From: Raja brachyura
Lineage: Eukaryota
Length of the DNA stretch: 64,000 bases
NCBI GenBank assembly: GCA_963514005.1
Contig: OY740782.1
Span: forward strand, 1,860,001 to 1,924,000
Direction of reading: 5' to 3'
A program made the position numbers and the translations under genes. Positions 1 to 11,344 of this stretch are shown here, piece by piece (positions within the stretch are counted from its first letter, which is position 1; each line of letters begins with the position of its first letter). The notes beneath the pieces are model-generated. The model ran no database searches. It was not told the origin of the DNA and saw nothing but the letters and a program-made list of their open reading frames with translations.

Positions 1-440
1 TGTGGGAGTATCGCATGCAGGTCTGCTTGCCCCATTACAGGAAGGATGCTGAGGCATTGTAGAGGGTGCACAGGAGGTTTCCCAGAATGATGCCTGAATT
101 AGAGGGTTTCAGCTGCAGGCAGAGGTTGCATAGACTTGGAGTGTTTTCTCTGGAATGTTGGATGTTGAGGGGAGACTTGATAGGAAATATATAAAATTAT
201 GAGAGGCCCAGATACAGCAGACGGATCCTTTTTCCCGACACTAGACAGCATAGCTACAAGGTGAGATGGGGAAAGTTTACTTGAGATGAACGAGTCAAGT
301 CCTGGAACGTACTGCCAGGGGTGGTGGTGGAGACAGATATGTTAGTGAGGCTTTTAGATAGGCAGACTAATGAGCAGGGAATAGAGGGATATGGATCATG
401 TACGGGCAGATCAGATCAGTCCAACTTGGCATGGTGTTTG
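1..440 (+). mobile_element. CR1 LINE 3' fragment, degenerate
   Basis: ERVHRRFPRMMP..LHRLGVFSLE..RGDLIG-like ORF2 C-terminus plus 3' UTR; ends approximate. Confidence 0.75.
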
Positions 441-704
441 CATGTCCAGTGCTCTGGTTTATGTACTAACACACAGTGCTGAAGGGGAAACACTCAGTGG
501 GGTATCATGGTTGATGCAGAGTTGTGGACTGAAGGGCCTATTCCTGTGCTGTACTGTTCCATCTTCCAGTCCCCCCTCAATGGCATTGGTGGTGATCAGA
601 ATGACATGCATGTTGACATGCACCGCATCCACCGGACTGCTGGCTTATGCATCTCAGGATGGATCCCGTGCAGTGAATGAACGCATGGACTTTCAGCCGG
701 CTTT

Positions 705-1585
705 CCATCTTGTGCCAAAGTGGTTGGTGAGCAAGGTTAGATCCCATGGAACGAGGAGAAGTCTACTCAGGTATTCCAGTCATAGCACCGTACAGGATGG
801 ACACAGGCCCTTCAGCCCACATTTGCCATGCCCACCAATGCGGCATATTGGGTACGACCCATTTGAGCACAGCCCTCTAAATCCTTGCTATCCATATATC
901 TGTCCAAATGACAGTGAGTCAGTGAGAATGTGCTCATGTGGGAATTGGGAGCGAGTTAACCAGTGGGAATGAAGAGGAGGTTCTCTGGCTGCCAGGTTAG
1001 GACGATCCCATCACTACAGGTCAGGGCTTGGGGGGCAGCAACGCACAAGCTTTATCCACAGTTTGGCCAAGGGGATGAAACGTAACGTTTCCAGGTTTGT
1101 TGGTGACGTGAAAGTATGTGGGAATGTGAGGATGAAGAGAAAGGCAGAGATAGAGTGGATGTGCAAAGGATGTTTCCACTGGTTGAAGAGTTTAGAGCCA
1201 GGGATCATGGCCTCAGAATTAAGGGTGCTCTTTTACAAAGGAGGTGCGAAGGAACTACTTTGGTGAGTGACATGGAGATGGGCGGAGAACAATAGATAAT
1301 AGACAATCCGAGGGGTAATATTTAATAGGAATCCGAGGGGTCATTTTTTCACACAAAGGGTGGTGGGTGTATGGAACAAGCTGCCAGAGGAGGTAGCTGA
1401 GGCTGGGACTATCCCATTGCTTAAGACACAGTTAGACAGGTACACGGATAGGACAGGTTTGTAGGGATATGGGCCAAGCGCAGGCAGGTGGGACTAGCTA
1501 CTAGTGTAGCTGGGACATTGTTGGCCAGTGTGGGCAAGTTGGGCCGAAGGGCCTGTTTCCACACTGTATCACTGTATGACTATGC
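705..1585 (+). mobile_element. Mosaic of CR1 fragments
   Basis: RT remnants (SRFVGDVK for FADDTK), FFTQRVVGVWNKLPEEV and tail gggccgaagggcctgtttccacactgta. Confidence 0.7.
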
Positions 1586-1702
1586 TACAGAGATGGGGCA
1601 GCCATGACCACACTGAGCAAGCGGTGGAACACACTGGTGCTACTCCTGATCCTTACTAACCCGCGGTTGGATGAAGCCGAGCATTACAGTAAAGGTTCTC
1701 AC

Positions 1703-1759
1703 CACATTCTCCAACTCTTCCTGCTCCCACAGTGATGACTCGCGAACCATTTCAATCTC
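1703..1759 (-). CDS. SCRIB: SCRIB exon (~27)
   Basis: 57 nt, TTTCAG|GAG...GTG|GTGAGA; EIEMVRESSLWEQEELENV, phase 0-0. Confidence 0.88.
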
Positions 1760-2060
1760 CTGAAAAGAGACAAGCAGAGTTATGTAGAAGTGGTCTCAGC
1801 CCACATCTCAAACACGTGCGGACTAATTGGCCCCTGTAAATTGCTTCTAGTGTGTTAGCAAGTGTAGGGAACAGATACGAAAGTGAGATAACTACCACCC
1901 AGCAGTGTAGACAGATCAGTGTACGTCGATGATGTGTCCACTACACCACCAAGTTCCCACCCAACCACACGCATCACAATACTGCTTCATAGACTGGCTC
2001 AACTTCCCATTGTGCAAATTTACACATACATTCTCTGCACCTGTAAACGTGCCCACATGC

Positions 2061-3161
2061 CTACCTGTAAACGGGCCACACCCCTACCTGTAAACGGGCC
2101 ACACCCCTACCTGTAAACGGGCCACACCCCTACCTGTAAACGGGCCACACCCCTACCTGTAATCCAGCTATACCCCTACCTGTAAACAGGCCACACCCCT
2201 ACCTGTAAACAGGCCACACCCCTACCTGTAAACAGGCCACACCCCTACCTGTAAACAGGCCACACCCCTACCTGTAAACAGGCCACACCCCTACCTGTAA
2301 ACAGGCCACACCCCTACCTGTAAACAGGCCACACCCCTACCTGTAAACAGGCCACACCCCTACCTGTAAACAGGCCACACCCCTACCTGTAAACGGAGCC
2401 AGCGCACTCCTACCTGTAAACAGGCCACACCCCTACCTGTAATCCAGCTATACCCCTACCTGTAAACAGGCCACACCCCTACCTGTAAACAGGCCACACC
2501 CCTACCTGTAAACAGGCCACACCCCTACCTGTAAACAGGCCACACCCCTACCTGTAAACAGGCCACACCCCTACCTGTAAACAGGCCACACCCCTACCTG
2601 TAAACAGGCCACACCCCTACCTGTAAACAGGCCACACCCCTACCTGTAAACAGGCCACACCCCTACCTGTAAACAGGCCACACCCCTACCTGTAAACGGA
2701 GCCAGCGCACTCCTACCTGTAAACAGGCCACACCCCTACCTGTAAACAGGCCACACCCCTACCTGTAAACAGGCCACACCCCTACCTGTAAACAGGCCAC
2801 ACCCCTACCTGTAAACAGGCCACACCCCTACCTTTAAACAGGCCACACCCCTACCTGTAAACGGAGCCAGCGCACTCCTACCTGTAAACTGGCCACACCC
2901 CTACCTGTAAACAGGCCACAACCCTACCTGTAAACTGGCCACACCCCTATCTGTAAACTGGCCATACCCCTACCTGTAAACTGGCCATACCCCTACCTGT
3001 AAACTGGCCACACGCCTAACTGTAATCCAGCTATACCCCTACCTGTAATCGGGCCACACCCCTACCTGTAAACTGGCCACACGCCTACCTGTAATCTGGC
3101 CACACCCCTACCTGTAATCAAGCTACACCCCTACCTGTAAACGGAGCCAGCGCACTCCTAC
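2061..3161. repeat. 23-bp minisatellite (CACACCCCTACCTGTAAACAGGC), about 47 units
   Basis: direct inspection; abuts the exon donor at 3161. Confidence 0.95.
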
Positions 3162-3281
3162 CTTCTGCAGGATGTCCACCTCCTCAGGGCTCATATCCCG
3201 GTCGATGGACGAGATGCTCTCCATGCTGTTCTTTCGACCCATCCCAGCAGCAAAAGGGTTAACAATGATTCCGGGAGAGGA
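3162..3281 (-). CDS. SCRIB: SCRIB exon (~26)
   Basis: 120 nt, TTTCAG|TCC...AAG|GTAGGA; SSPGIIVNPFAAGMGRKNSMESISSIDRDMSPEEVDILQK. Confidence 0.94.
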
Positions 3282-3384
3282 CTGAAAAGGAATAAGAACA
3301 ACTTACGGATCTAACTTTGTTTCCGAAAGATGTGGGCTTCACAGGCTGAGCCCCCATTTCAGGAATGGTCGACCGAAAACTACA

Positions 3385-3755
3385 TCATTCCCCTGGGATG
3401 CTGCCTGAGCCGCTAAGTTACTCCATCATTCCCTCGAGATGCTGCCTGTCCCGCTGAGTTACTCCATCATTCCCTCGAGATGCTGCCTGTCCCGCTGAGT
3501 TACTCCATCATTCCCTCGAGATGCTGCCTGTCCCGCTGAGTTACTCCATCATTCCCTCGAGACGCTGCCTGACCCGCTGAGTTATTCCATCATTCTCCAG
3601 AGATGCTGCCTGTCCCGCTGAGTTACTCCATCATTCCCTCGAGACGCTGCCTGACCCGCTGAGTTACTCCATCATTCTCCAGAGATGCTGCCTGACCCGC
3701 TGAGTTACTCCATCATTCTCCAGAGATGCTACCTGTCCCACTGAGTTACTCCAGC
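3385..3755. repeat. 41-bp minisatellite, about 9 units, from Penelope terminal sequence
   Basis: CCATCATTCCCTCGAGATGCTGCCTGTCCCGCTGAGTTACT. Confidence 0.92.
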
Positions 3756-4364
3756 ACCCTGTGTTTTATGCAGCATTTCACTGCCCGTCCCTAGTTGCCC
3801 TTTGAGAAGGTGGCGCGAGCTGGGTTGTAAGTGTACAATGTTGTCCCAGGACTTTGTCCCAGCGATGCTGAAGGAACTGTAACGCATTCCCAAGTGGGGA
3901 TGATGCGGGGCTTGAAGGGCAAGCTTCAGGTGGTCCCAGTCCTACTGGCTGGAGGCTGCTGGGACTGCAGGGTGGAGTGTGGACTGAGCTGTCAGTATGA
4001 CCCTGTGAGGGGGAGAGGCCAAGATGGTCAGACTGACTTGGTCCACCTCGCTGGCCTTTGTCCAAACATCTACAAACTATCAAACCCCTCTTCGCCCGAG
4101 TTCACTGCCGGGCGTTGTCCTGCCCCCCCTCTCTTCCAGCCCCCTGTCCCTCCCCCTCTCTAAACCCCATACAATCAGTCCAAAATAGGATCCCGACCCC
4201 AAATGTCATATATCCATGTTCTCCAGAAATGCTGCCTGACTTATTGAGTTCCTTCAGCACTTTGTGTGTGTGTGTGGGGGGGGGGGTTGTATACCATCAA
4301 CTGCAGTTCCTTGTATCTATAAAGGAAACTGAGGATTTGATCAGGAAAAAGGAGGAAGTGCATA

Positions 4365-4985
4365 GGAAGGAACTGCAGATGCTGGTTTATACCGAAGATA
4401 GGCACAACATGCTGGAGTAACTCAGCGGGACAGGCAGCATCTCTGGAGAGAAGGAGTGGGTGATGTTTCGGGTCGAGACCCTTCTTCAGACTGATTTCAG
4501 GGGAGGGAGAGAGATGTGAGAACGAGAGATCAAAGAAGATGAAGGTCAAGGAAAATGTGGAATAAAGCTAGAAAGTGACAACAAAGCATACAAAGATCAA
4601 ATGTAATCAGGGGGCAGGCAGACTGGTCGGGGAGCCAGGAAGGGGGAGGGGGTGGAAAGAGAGAGGGAAAGCCAGGGCTATTTGAAGTTAGAGAAATCAC
4701 TGTTCATACCGCTGGGGTGTGAGCAAAAAGATAAGGTGCTGTTCCTCCAGTTTGCGCTGGGCCTCACTCTGACAATGGAGGAGGCCCAGGACAGAATGGT
4801 CAGTGTGGGAATGGGAGGGGGAGTTAAAGTGTTTAGCCACCGGGAGATCAGGTAGGTTCAGGCGTAATGAGCTGAGGTGTTCAGTGAAACAATTGGCGAG
4901 CCTGTGCCTGGTCTCGCCCATATAGAGGAGTCCACGCCTGGAACTGCGGATACTGTAGGTGAGGTTGGAGGAGGTGCACATGAAC
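4365..4985 (-). mobile_element. Penelope-like element 3' fragment (GIY-YIG endonuclease + terminal repeat)
   Basis: LLYMGETRHRL..EHL..PVAKHFNSPSHS..RKLEEQHLIF; hammerhead-like core at 4462-4489. Confidence 0.85.
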
Positions 4986-5016
4986 TGTTACCCATTCCTT
5001 CTCTCCAGAGATGCTG

Positions 5017-5704
5017 GAGAGAAGGAATTGTAAAGAAATGGTAAAGATTTAGGGTGGTAAAGAGAGCTTTTGGTGTGCTGGCCTTTATAAATCAGAGCAT
5101 TGAATATAGGAGTAGGGAAGTAATGTTAAAATTGTACAAGGCATTGGTGAGACCAATTCTGGAGTATGGTGTACAGATTTGGTCGCCTATTTATAGGATG
5201 GATGTCAACAAAATAGAGAGAGTACAGAGGAGGTTTACTAGAATGTTGCCTGGGTTCCAGCAACTAAGTTACAGAGAAAGGTTGAACAAGTTAGGTCTTT
5301 ATTCTTTGGAGCGCAGAAGGTTAAGGGGGGACTTGATTGAGGTCTTTAAAATGATGAAAGGGATAGACAGAGTTGACGTGGATAAGCTTTCCCCATTGAG
5401 GGTAGGGAAGATTCAAACAAGAGGGCATGACATGAGAATTAAGGGACAGACGTTTAGGGGTAACATGAGGGGGAACTTCTTTACTCACAGAGTGGTGGCT
5501 GTGTGGAATGATCTTCCTGCAGAAGTGGTGGTGGCAGGATCGATTTTAACATTTAAAAGTAAAGTGGATAGGTATATGGACGGGAAGGGAATGGAGGGGT
5601 ATGGTCTGAGTGCAGGTAGATAGGATTAGGGGAAAATGAATGGTCGGCACGGACTGGAAGGGCCGAGAGGGCCTGTTTCCGTGCTGTAATTGTTATATGG
5701 TTAT
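5017..5704 (+). mobile_element. Young 5'-truncated CR1 LINE
   Basis: intact 189-aa ORF2 C-terminus (5054-5623), TTATATGG tail, flanking ATGCTG duplication (5011-5016, 5705-5710). Confidence 0.9.
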
Positions 5705-6774
5705 ATGCTGCCTGTCCCGTTAAGTTACTCCAGCACTTTGTGTCTATCTACAGGAGGAAGTGTCTGTCAGATGGAAGCAATTAGGATGAGATGAGTCCTT
5801 TAAAATTTATCGGGGATGTAGGAAAGAATGCATAAAATAAACCACGAGGGGGGAACGGGACACATTTCCCCGGCAAATGGGATTAAGGAGAATCCGGAAT
5901 GTCTTGTAGAGGCTGGAGAAAGAATGGGGAAACGTGTCTGGAACCAGGGGATGAGTAGGATCACACATAAATATTGTAGGAATTCACCACGGACACATGT
6001 GTGGAGGATGGAGAGTTGGGAGGGGATGAGCTGCAATACTCCCTCAGGAAAGGGCAGGGAGCTTAGTCACGCGTAGGCAGCCGGCATTAAGTGAATCCTG
6101 CATCTCCATAAGGAATGTAGGGAGTACACTTCAGAGAGACATCATGAGGGCAAGAAGAGGGAGGACATGAGGTGGCTTTGGCACCACAATACCCAGAAAC
6201 ACTGCAGGTCCACTATCCTCCGAGCCAAGAGCTCCCCAAAGATCAATAGCATCTAAAGCCAGGTGAATTATTTGCATTACTGTGGTCGCTGGTGCCAATG
6301 CGCTCACTCACCCACTCTTCAGTTACTTGCCCCGTCCTCTTTCCCAACATTCCTTGTAGGGCCCTCTACATACTGCCTGACAAAACGTTCCTGACCACAT
6401 TTGACAAATTCCACCCCATCTTAGCCTTTGTCACTGTGACAGTCCCGGTCTATATTAGGAAACTTCACCTCCCCAACTACGACAGCTCGATTTATCTTGC
6501 AGCTGTCTGCAATCTCACAGCATATTTGGTCTTCTAATTCACGTTGACTATTTGAGAGCCTACACACACCCAAAGAAGGTCATCACCCCCTCTCTATATC
6601 TTCCTCTCTCCCCCCCCCCCCACACCTCGCTATCGTAGCTCCGACACCCAGCCTCTCCCTCCGCTCGCTGGCACTTCTACAACCCTGGCCCCTTCCCCTC
6701 ACTCACTGCTCAGCCCGCGCCTATACACTGGTCCACAGCAGCTGTGTCAGACACCCCCCCCCCCCTCTCCATCT

Positions 6775-6960
6775 GCCCCTCACCCCCTGGCCCTACCTAC
6801 TCTCACCCCCTGGACAACTGGCACCCTCACCCCCTGGCCCTACCCACTCTCACCCCCTGGACAACTGGCACCCTCACCCCCTGGCCCTACCCACTCTCAC
6901 CCCCTGGACTACTGGCACCCTCACCCCCTGGCCCTACCCACTCTCACCCCCTGGCCCTAT
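6775..6960. repeat. CACCCCCTGG-based minisatellite
   Basis: alternating 23/24-bp units. Confidence 0.85.
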
Positions 6961-7069
6961 CCCCCTCACTCCCAAGCCCAGCCCCCCACCCAGCCCCATG
7001 GTCCACACTTGCTATTCCAGACAGACCCCATCGTCCCTCCCTCTGCACCCCGCTGCCCGGGGTCCCTAC

Positions 7070-7264
7070 CTCGACGGCTGTGGTGGAGAGAGCGCTGGGA
7101 GGGAAGCCGTCACACACCAGGATGGTGAGGGTGTCGCCGACAGCTCGCAGGATGCGCACGGCCTCGGCGTGGGTGGTCCCCAGCAGGCTGTGGTTGTTGA
7201 CCTCCAGAATACGCAGCCCCGTCTGCAGCCTCCCGTCCCTCGCTGCTGCTCCACCTGAGCTCAC
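7070..7264 (-). CDS. SCRIB: SCRIB exon (~25), PDZ4 end
   Basis: 195 nt, CCACAG|GTG...GAG|GTAGGG; VSSGGAAARDGRLQTGLRILEVNNHSLLG...LVCDGF. Confidence 0.95.
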
Positions 7265-7289
7265 CTGTGGCACAGCACCAGGGTACGCA

Positions 7290-7335
7290 GTGTCAGTGTA
7301 CACACACAGTCTGTGTACACACACACACAGTCAGT

Positions 7336-7368
<33 letters not shown>

Positions 7369-7494
7369 CAGTGTACACACAGTCAGTGTACACACACACA
7401 CACAGTGTACACACACACACAGAATCAGTGTACACACACACAGTCAGTGTACACACACACAGTGTACACACAGTCAGTGTACACACAGTCAGTG

Positions 7495-7532
<38 letters not shown>

Positions 7533-7618
7533 CAGTGTACACAGACACACAGTCAGTGTACACACACACACAGTCAGTGTACACACACACACAGTCAGTG
7601 TACACACACATAGTCAGT

Positions 7619-7657
<39 letters not shown>

Positions 7658-7672
7658 CAGTGTATACACACA
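7290..7672. repeat. CAGTCAGTGTA(CA)n compound repeat
   Basis: fills most of the intron. Confidence 0.92.
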
Positions 7673-7725
7673 GAGAGACCCGACCCCCCTGAACCCCCCC
7701 CCCCCCCCCCCCCTCGGGCACACAC

Positions 7726-7842
7726 CTTGGAGATGAAGATGCCCTCATCGGTGGCATCGAAGGGATTGCCCGCGTGGCCCTTGGCTCCCCCGCGCACACT
7801 GATCCCCAGCTTCTCGCCGGGCAACTTGTCGATCCGAATCTC
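7726..7842 (-). CDS. SCRIB: SCRIB exon (~24), PDZ4 start
   Basis: 117 nt, TCCCAG|GAG...AAG|GTGTGT; EIRIDKLPGEKLGISVRGGAKGHAGNPFDATDEGIFISK. Confidence 0.96.
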
Positions 7843-8329
7843 CTGGGAAACACACCAGGGGTCAGTCAGCCCCCGCAGTCCCGGGAACCACTCCCCCCTC
7901 CACGCAACCCCTCCCACACGGACAGCCCGGCCCTTCCCTGCCCCAACACGCTGCCATTCCCCCTCCCACACTGCTGGCAGATATCCAGCTGCATGCCGGG
8001 CAGGGGGTCCCAGGGGGAAGTGGGTCGCGGTGAGGGAGGGGGTCACTCACTTGCATGCCAGGCTGCAGGGGGTCAAGGGGCAGTGCAAATCTCCTGCATG
8101 CATGGTGGGGTGGGGGTGCTGAATCGGGGGTGGTGGTGATGGTTGGGGGCGTAGGTACAAGGGTCACCCAGGAGGGGGGGCGTGGTGGTGGGGGGAGGGA
8201 GATACGGGTGCTGGGATGGAGGTCGTGGTGGTTGGGGGGTGTAGTGGTCAGGGGAGGGAGGGGTCACCCATCTGCATACCTGGCCGTGGCTGAGGGGGGT
8301 TGGGGGTCATAGTGGTGGGGGGTCAGAGC

Positions 8330-8910
8330 ACCGGGTCGGGGGTCGAGATGGTGGCAGGATCAGGGTGCCGGGTCGGGGACCGTGGTGGTGGTGGGGGGGT
8401 GGGGGACGGGTCAGGGTGCCGGGTCGGGGTCGTGGGGAGGTCAGGGAGCCGGGTCGAGGTCATGGGGAGGTCAGGGTGCCGGCTCGGGGTCGTGGGGAGG
8501 TCAGGGTGCCGGGTCGGGGTCGTGGGGAGGTCAGGGTGCCGGGTCGGGGTCGTGGGGAGGTCAGGGAGACGGGTCGGGATCGTGGGAAGGTCAGGGAGCC
8601 GGGTCGGGGGTCAGGGAGCCGGCTCGGGGTCGTGGGGAGGTCAGGGTGCCGGCTCGGGGTCGTGGGGAGGTCAGGGTGCCGGGTCGGGGTCGTGGGGAGG
8701 TCAGGGAGCCGGGTCGGGATCGTGGGAAGGTCAGGGAGCCGGGTCGGGGGTCAGGGAGCCGGCTCGGGGTCGTGGGGAGGTCAGGGTGCCGGCTCGGGGT
8801 CGTGGGGAGGTCAGGGTGCTGGGTCGGGGCCATGGGGGGGTCAGGGAGCTGGGTTGGGGTCAGGGAGCTGGGTCGGGGTCGTGGGGAGGTCAGGCCGGGT
8901 GCCGGGTCGG
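8330..8910. repeat. 30-bp G-rich minisatellite
   Basis: GGGTCGGGGTCGTGGGGAGGTCAGGGTGCC. Confidence 0.92.
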
Positions 8911-8969
8911 GGGTTGTTGTGCTGGGGGGGGGGGGTCGAGGGGAGCGAGGGGAACGAGGGGTCACCCAC

Positions 8970-9146
8970 CTGCATGCCGGGTGGTGGGGGGTCCCTGCGG
9001 AGCAGTAGCTGGATGTGGTGCTGGTTGGTCAGCAGGGCAGTCACCGCGTCCTGGTGAGCCGCATGCCGCAGGTCCGTGCCGTTCACCTCCAGGATGCGAT
9101 CGCCCACCCGCAGCCCAGCACGGGCTGCCAGCCCCTCGGCAACCAC
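8970..9146 (-). CDS. SCRIB: SCRIB exon (~23), PDZ3 end
   Basis: 177 nt, CCACAG|GTG...CAG|GTGGGT; VVAEGLAARAGLRVGDRILEVNG...RRDPPPPGMQ. Confidence 0.95.
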
Positions 9147-9609
9147 CTGTGGGGAGGGGGAGAGAGAGAGACAGGGGTCAGTGCCCTGGACCACTCGCTG
9201 CCCTGCCCCAGCCCCAGCCGCCGGCCACCAGGCACCACCTGTGGGGAGCTCAGAGACAGAGGGCCCACTCCACCCACCACTGCCCGCACGGGCTGTCAGG
9301 CCCTCTGGAACAACCCGTGCTCACGTGTCCCGCCACCCGGGCAGCCCATTCATCCACCACCACCTGGCAGGCAGGCAGGCATGTGGGTCCAAGAAGTCAA
9401 CCCTGTCCCCCCCACTTCACCCGACCCACTGCCTGACCCGCAGCGAGGCAGGCCTGGCAGATGCAGGTGGGGGAGGGAGAAATGGAGGGGGGAGGGGGAA
9501 GGCAGGGGGGAGGCGGAGACAGTGACGTGGGGGGGGGGGGGAGAAGGAGGGGGAAGGAGAAGGAGAGAGGGAGAGAGGGAGAGAGGGAGAGAGGGGGAGA
9601 GGGAGTTAC

Positions 9610-9720
9610 CTTTGAGATGAAGACGCCGGGCTGACAGATGCCGAAGGGATGGCTGGCGTGATCACTGCCCCCCACAATGCTCAGGCCCAGTGGCCCACCC
9701 GTCTTCAGTAACGTCACCTC
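9610..9720 (-). CDS. SCRIB: SCRIB exon (~22), PDZ3 start
   Basis: 111 nt, CCCCAG|GAG...AAG|GTAACT; EVTLLKTGGPLGLSIVGGSDHASHPFGICQPGVFISK. Confidence 0.96.
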
Positions 9721-10120
9721 CTGGGGCAGAGAGATACCACATGTTGAGGTGTGTGTGGGGGGAGGGGGGGTGTCCCAACATCCTGCCCCCCCCGGCCTGC
9801 AGCACTGACCCTCCCCTCCGCTCGCCTCCTCCCTGCCCATCACTACAGCCACGTTACTCCATACAGGGGTCTGATCCACCCTCCTCCATCACCAACCCAT
9901 TACTCTTCCCCTCACCACTGCTCGCATCCCTCTGTCCCCCTGCCTCAGCCCATGCCCCGTTACACCCCTAGCCCCGTTACCCCCCCCCCCCCAAATCCGT
10001 CACCCATGCCACCAGCCCTCCCCGCTCGCGGCAGCCTGTCACACATCTCTGCAGCCCCCTCACCCGTTCCCCCCCCCCCCCCCCCCCCCAGCCCATCAAC
10101 TACCCCCGTGCCCTCTTCAC

Positions 10121-10816
10121 CTCCACGGGGTACTGGTCCTCGGTGGCCAGGTGGTTGAGCTGTGTGCAGCTGGTTTCGGTGATGGCGGGGCTGTTGATGT
10201 TCCCGGTGATGCCCGGGCTGGCAGTGGCAACATGCCCGGTGATGGCAGGACTGCCGGCAGTGCCAGTGCTGATGTTGCCGGTGATGCTGGTGATTCCAGG
10301 GCTGCCGGTGATGCCAGTGCCGGCGATGCTGGAGGTGCTGGTGATTCCAGGGCTGCCGGCATTGGTGGTGAAGATGTTGCCGGGGCTGCCGGTGATGCTG
10401 GTGATTCCAGGGCTGCCGGCATTGGTGGTGAAGATGTTGCCGGGGCTGCCGGTGATTCCAGGGCTGCCGGCATTGGTGGTGAAGATGTTGCCGGAGCTGC
10501 CGGTGATGCTGGTGATTCCGGGGCTGCCGGCAGCGCCAGTGCCGATGATGCTGGAGGTGCTGGTGTTGCCGGGACTGGCAACATTGGTGGTGAAGATGTT
10601 GCCGGGGCTGTCGGGGTCATCGGGCAAGGCTGCCGGTGGGGGTGGGGACGGAGGCTGGCTGGGTGCCGGGGTGGGGGAGCCGGGCACAGTGCCGTCGGCT
10701 GGCTGGTCAGCCTCGGGCAGCTGGCGCTCCACGACCAGTGTGATGGTGGGCGCTGTGCCCGTGAGGAGAGCTACTGCCTGGTCATGCCTGGCTTCTGCCA
10801 TCTCTACCCCATTGAT
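10121..10816 (-). CDS. SCRIB: SCRIB exon (~21), PDZ2 end + repeat-expanded linker
   Basis: 696 nt open frame, TTGCAG|ATC...GAG|GTGAAG; INGVEMAEARHDQAVALLTG...EDQYPVE. Confidence 0.9.
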
Positions 10817-11344
10817 CTGCAAACACGCGCAAACGGACAGTCAGCCCGGCTCTACCAGCTTGCAACAGCTGCAGAATGTGCACACTCCACACAGACAGCA
10901 CCCCAGCTCACCACCAAACCCGGGTCTCTGCTGCTATGCCGCTCTGAAGAGGTGAGCAAGACTGATGAGGGCGCAGGTAGGTGATATCCACATACATGGA
11001 GTTCAACTACGTTACCACTCTATCCACCTGCTCCACCACTGTCTGGGAGCAGTGACCTTACACCCAGGGTCCCTCTACACATCATCACCCTTCACCTCCT
11101 GCCCTTTACTCTATATTGCCCAGCTCATGTCTAGATTGAATTCCACCCGTCTCTGCTCTGCTCCGTGTCCTTCAGCACCACCCTGTCTCCAACTCCCTTC
11201 ACTCCTGGTGCCACTGACAAACGCTGCAGGTCTCAGCACTGAACCCATCTGTACACCACCGGTTACTAACGCCATCAGAGAAACCAACAACCCTCCAGCT
11301 CTGCCCTCATCACCCAGCCACTCCACAATGTGTGGCTGCCACAT

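Noticed and set aside
595-700. Two sense TGCATG motifs and ORF 391-972
   Set aside because: No exon with credible splice sites nearby; the ORF runs across repeat fragments.
10143-10984. Plus-strand 270/277-aa ORFs
   Set aside because: Antisense shadows of the repeat-rich SCRIB exon.
10940-10985. CTGAAGA/CTGATGA as a hammerhead core
   Set aside because: No GAAA or stems follow.
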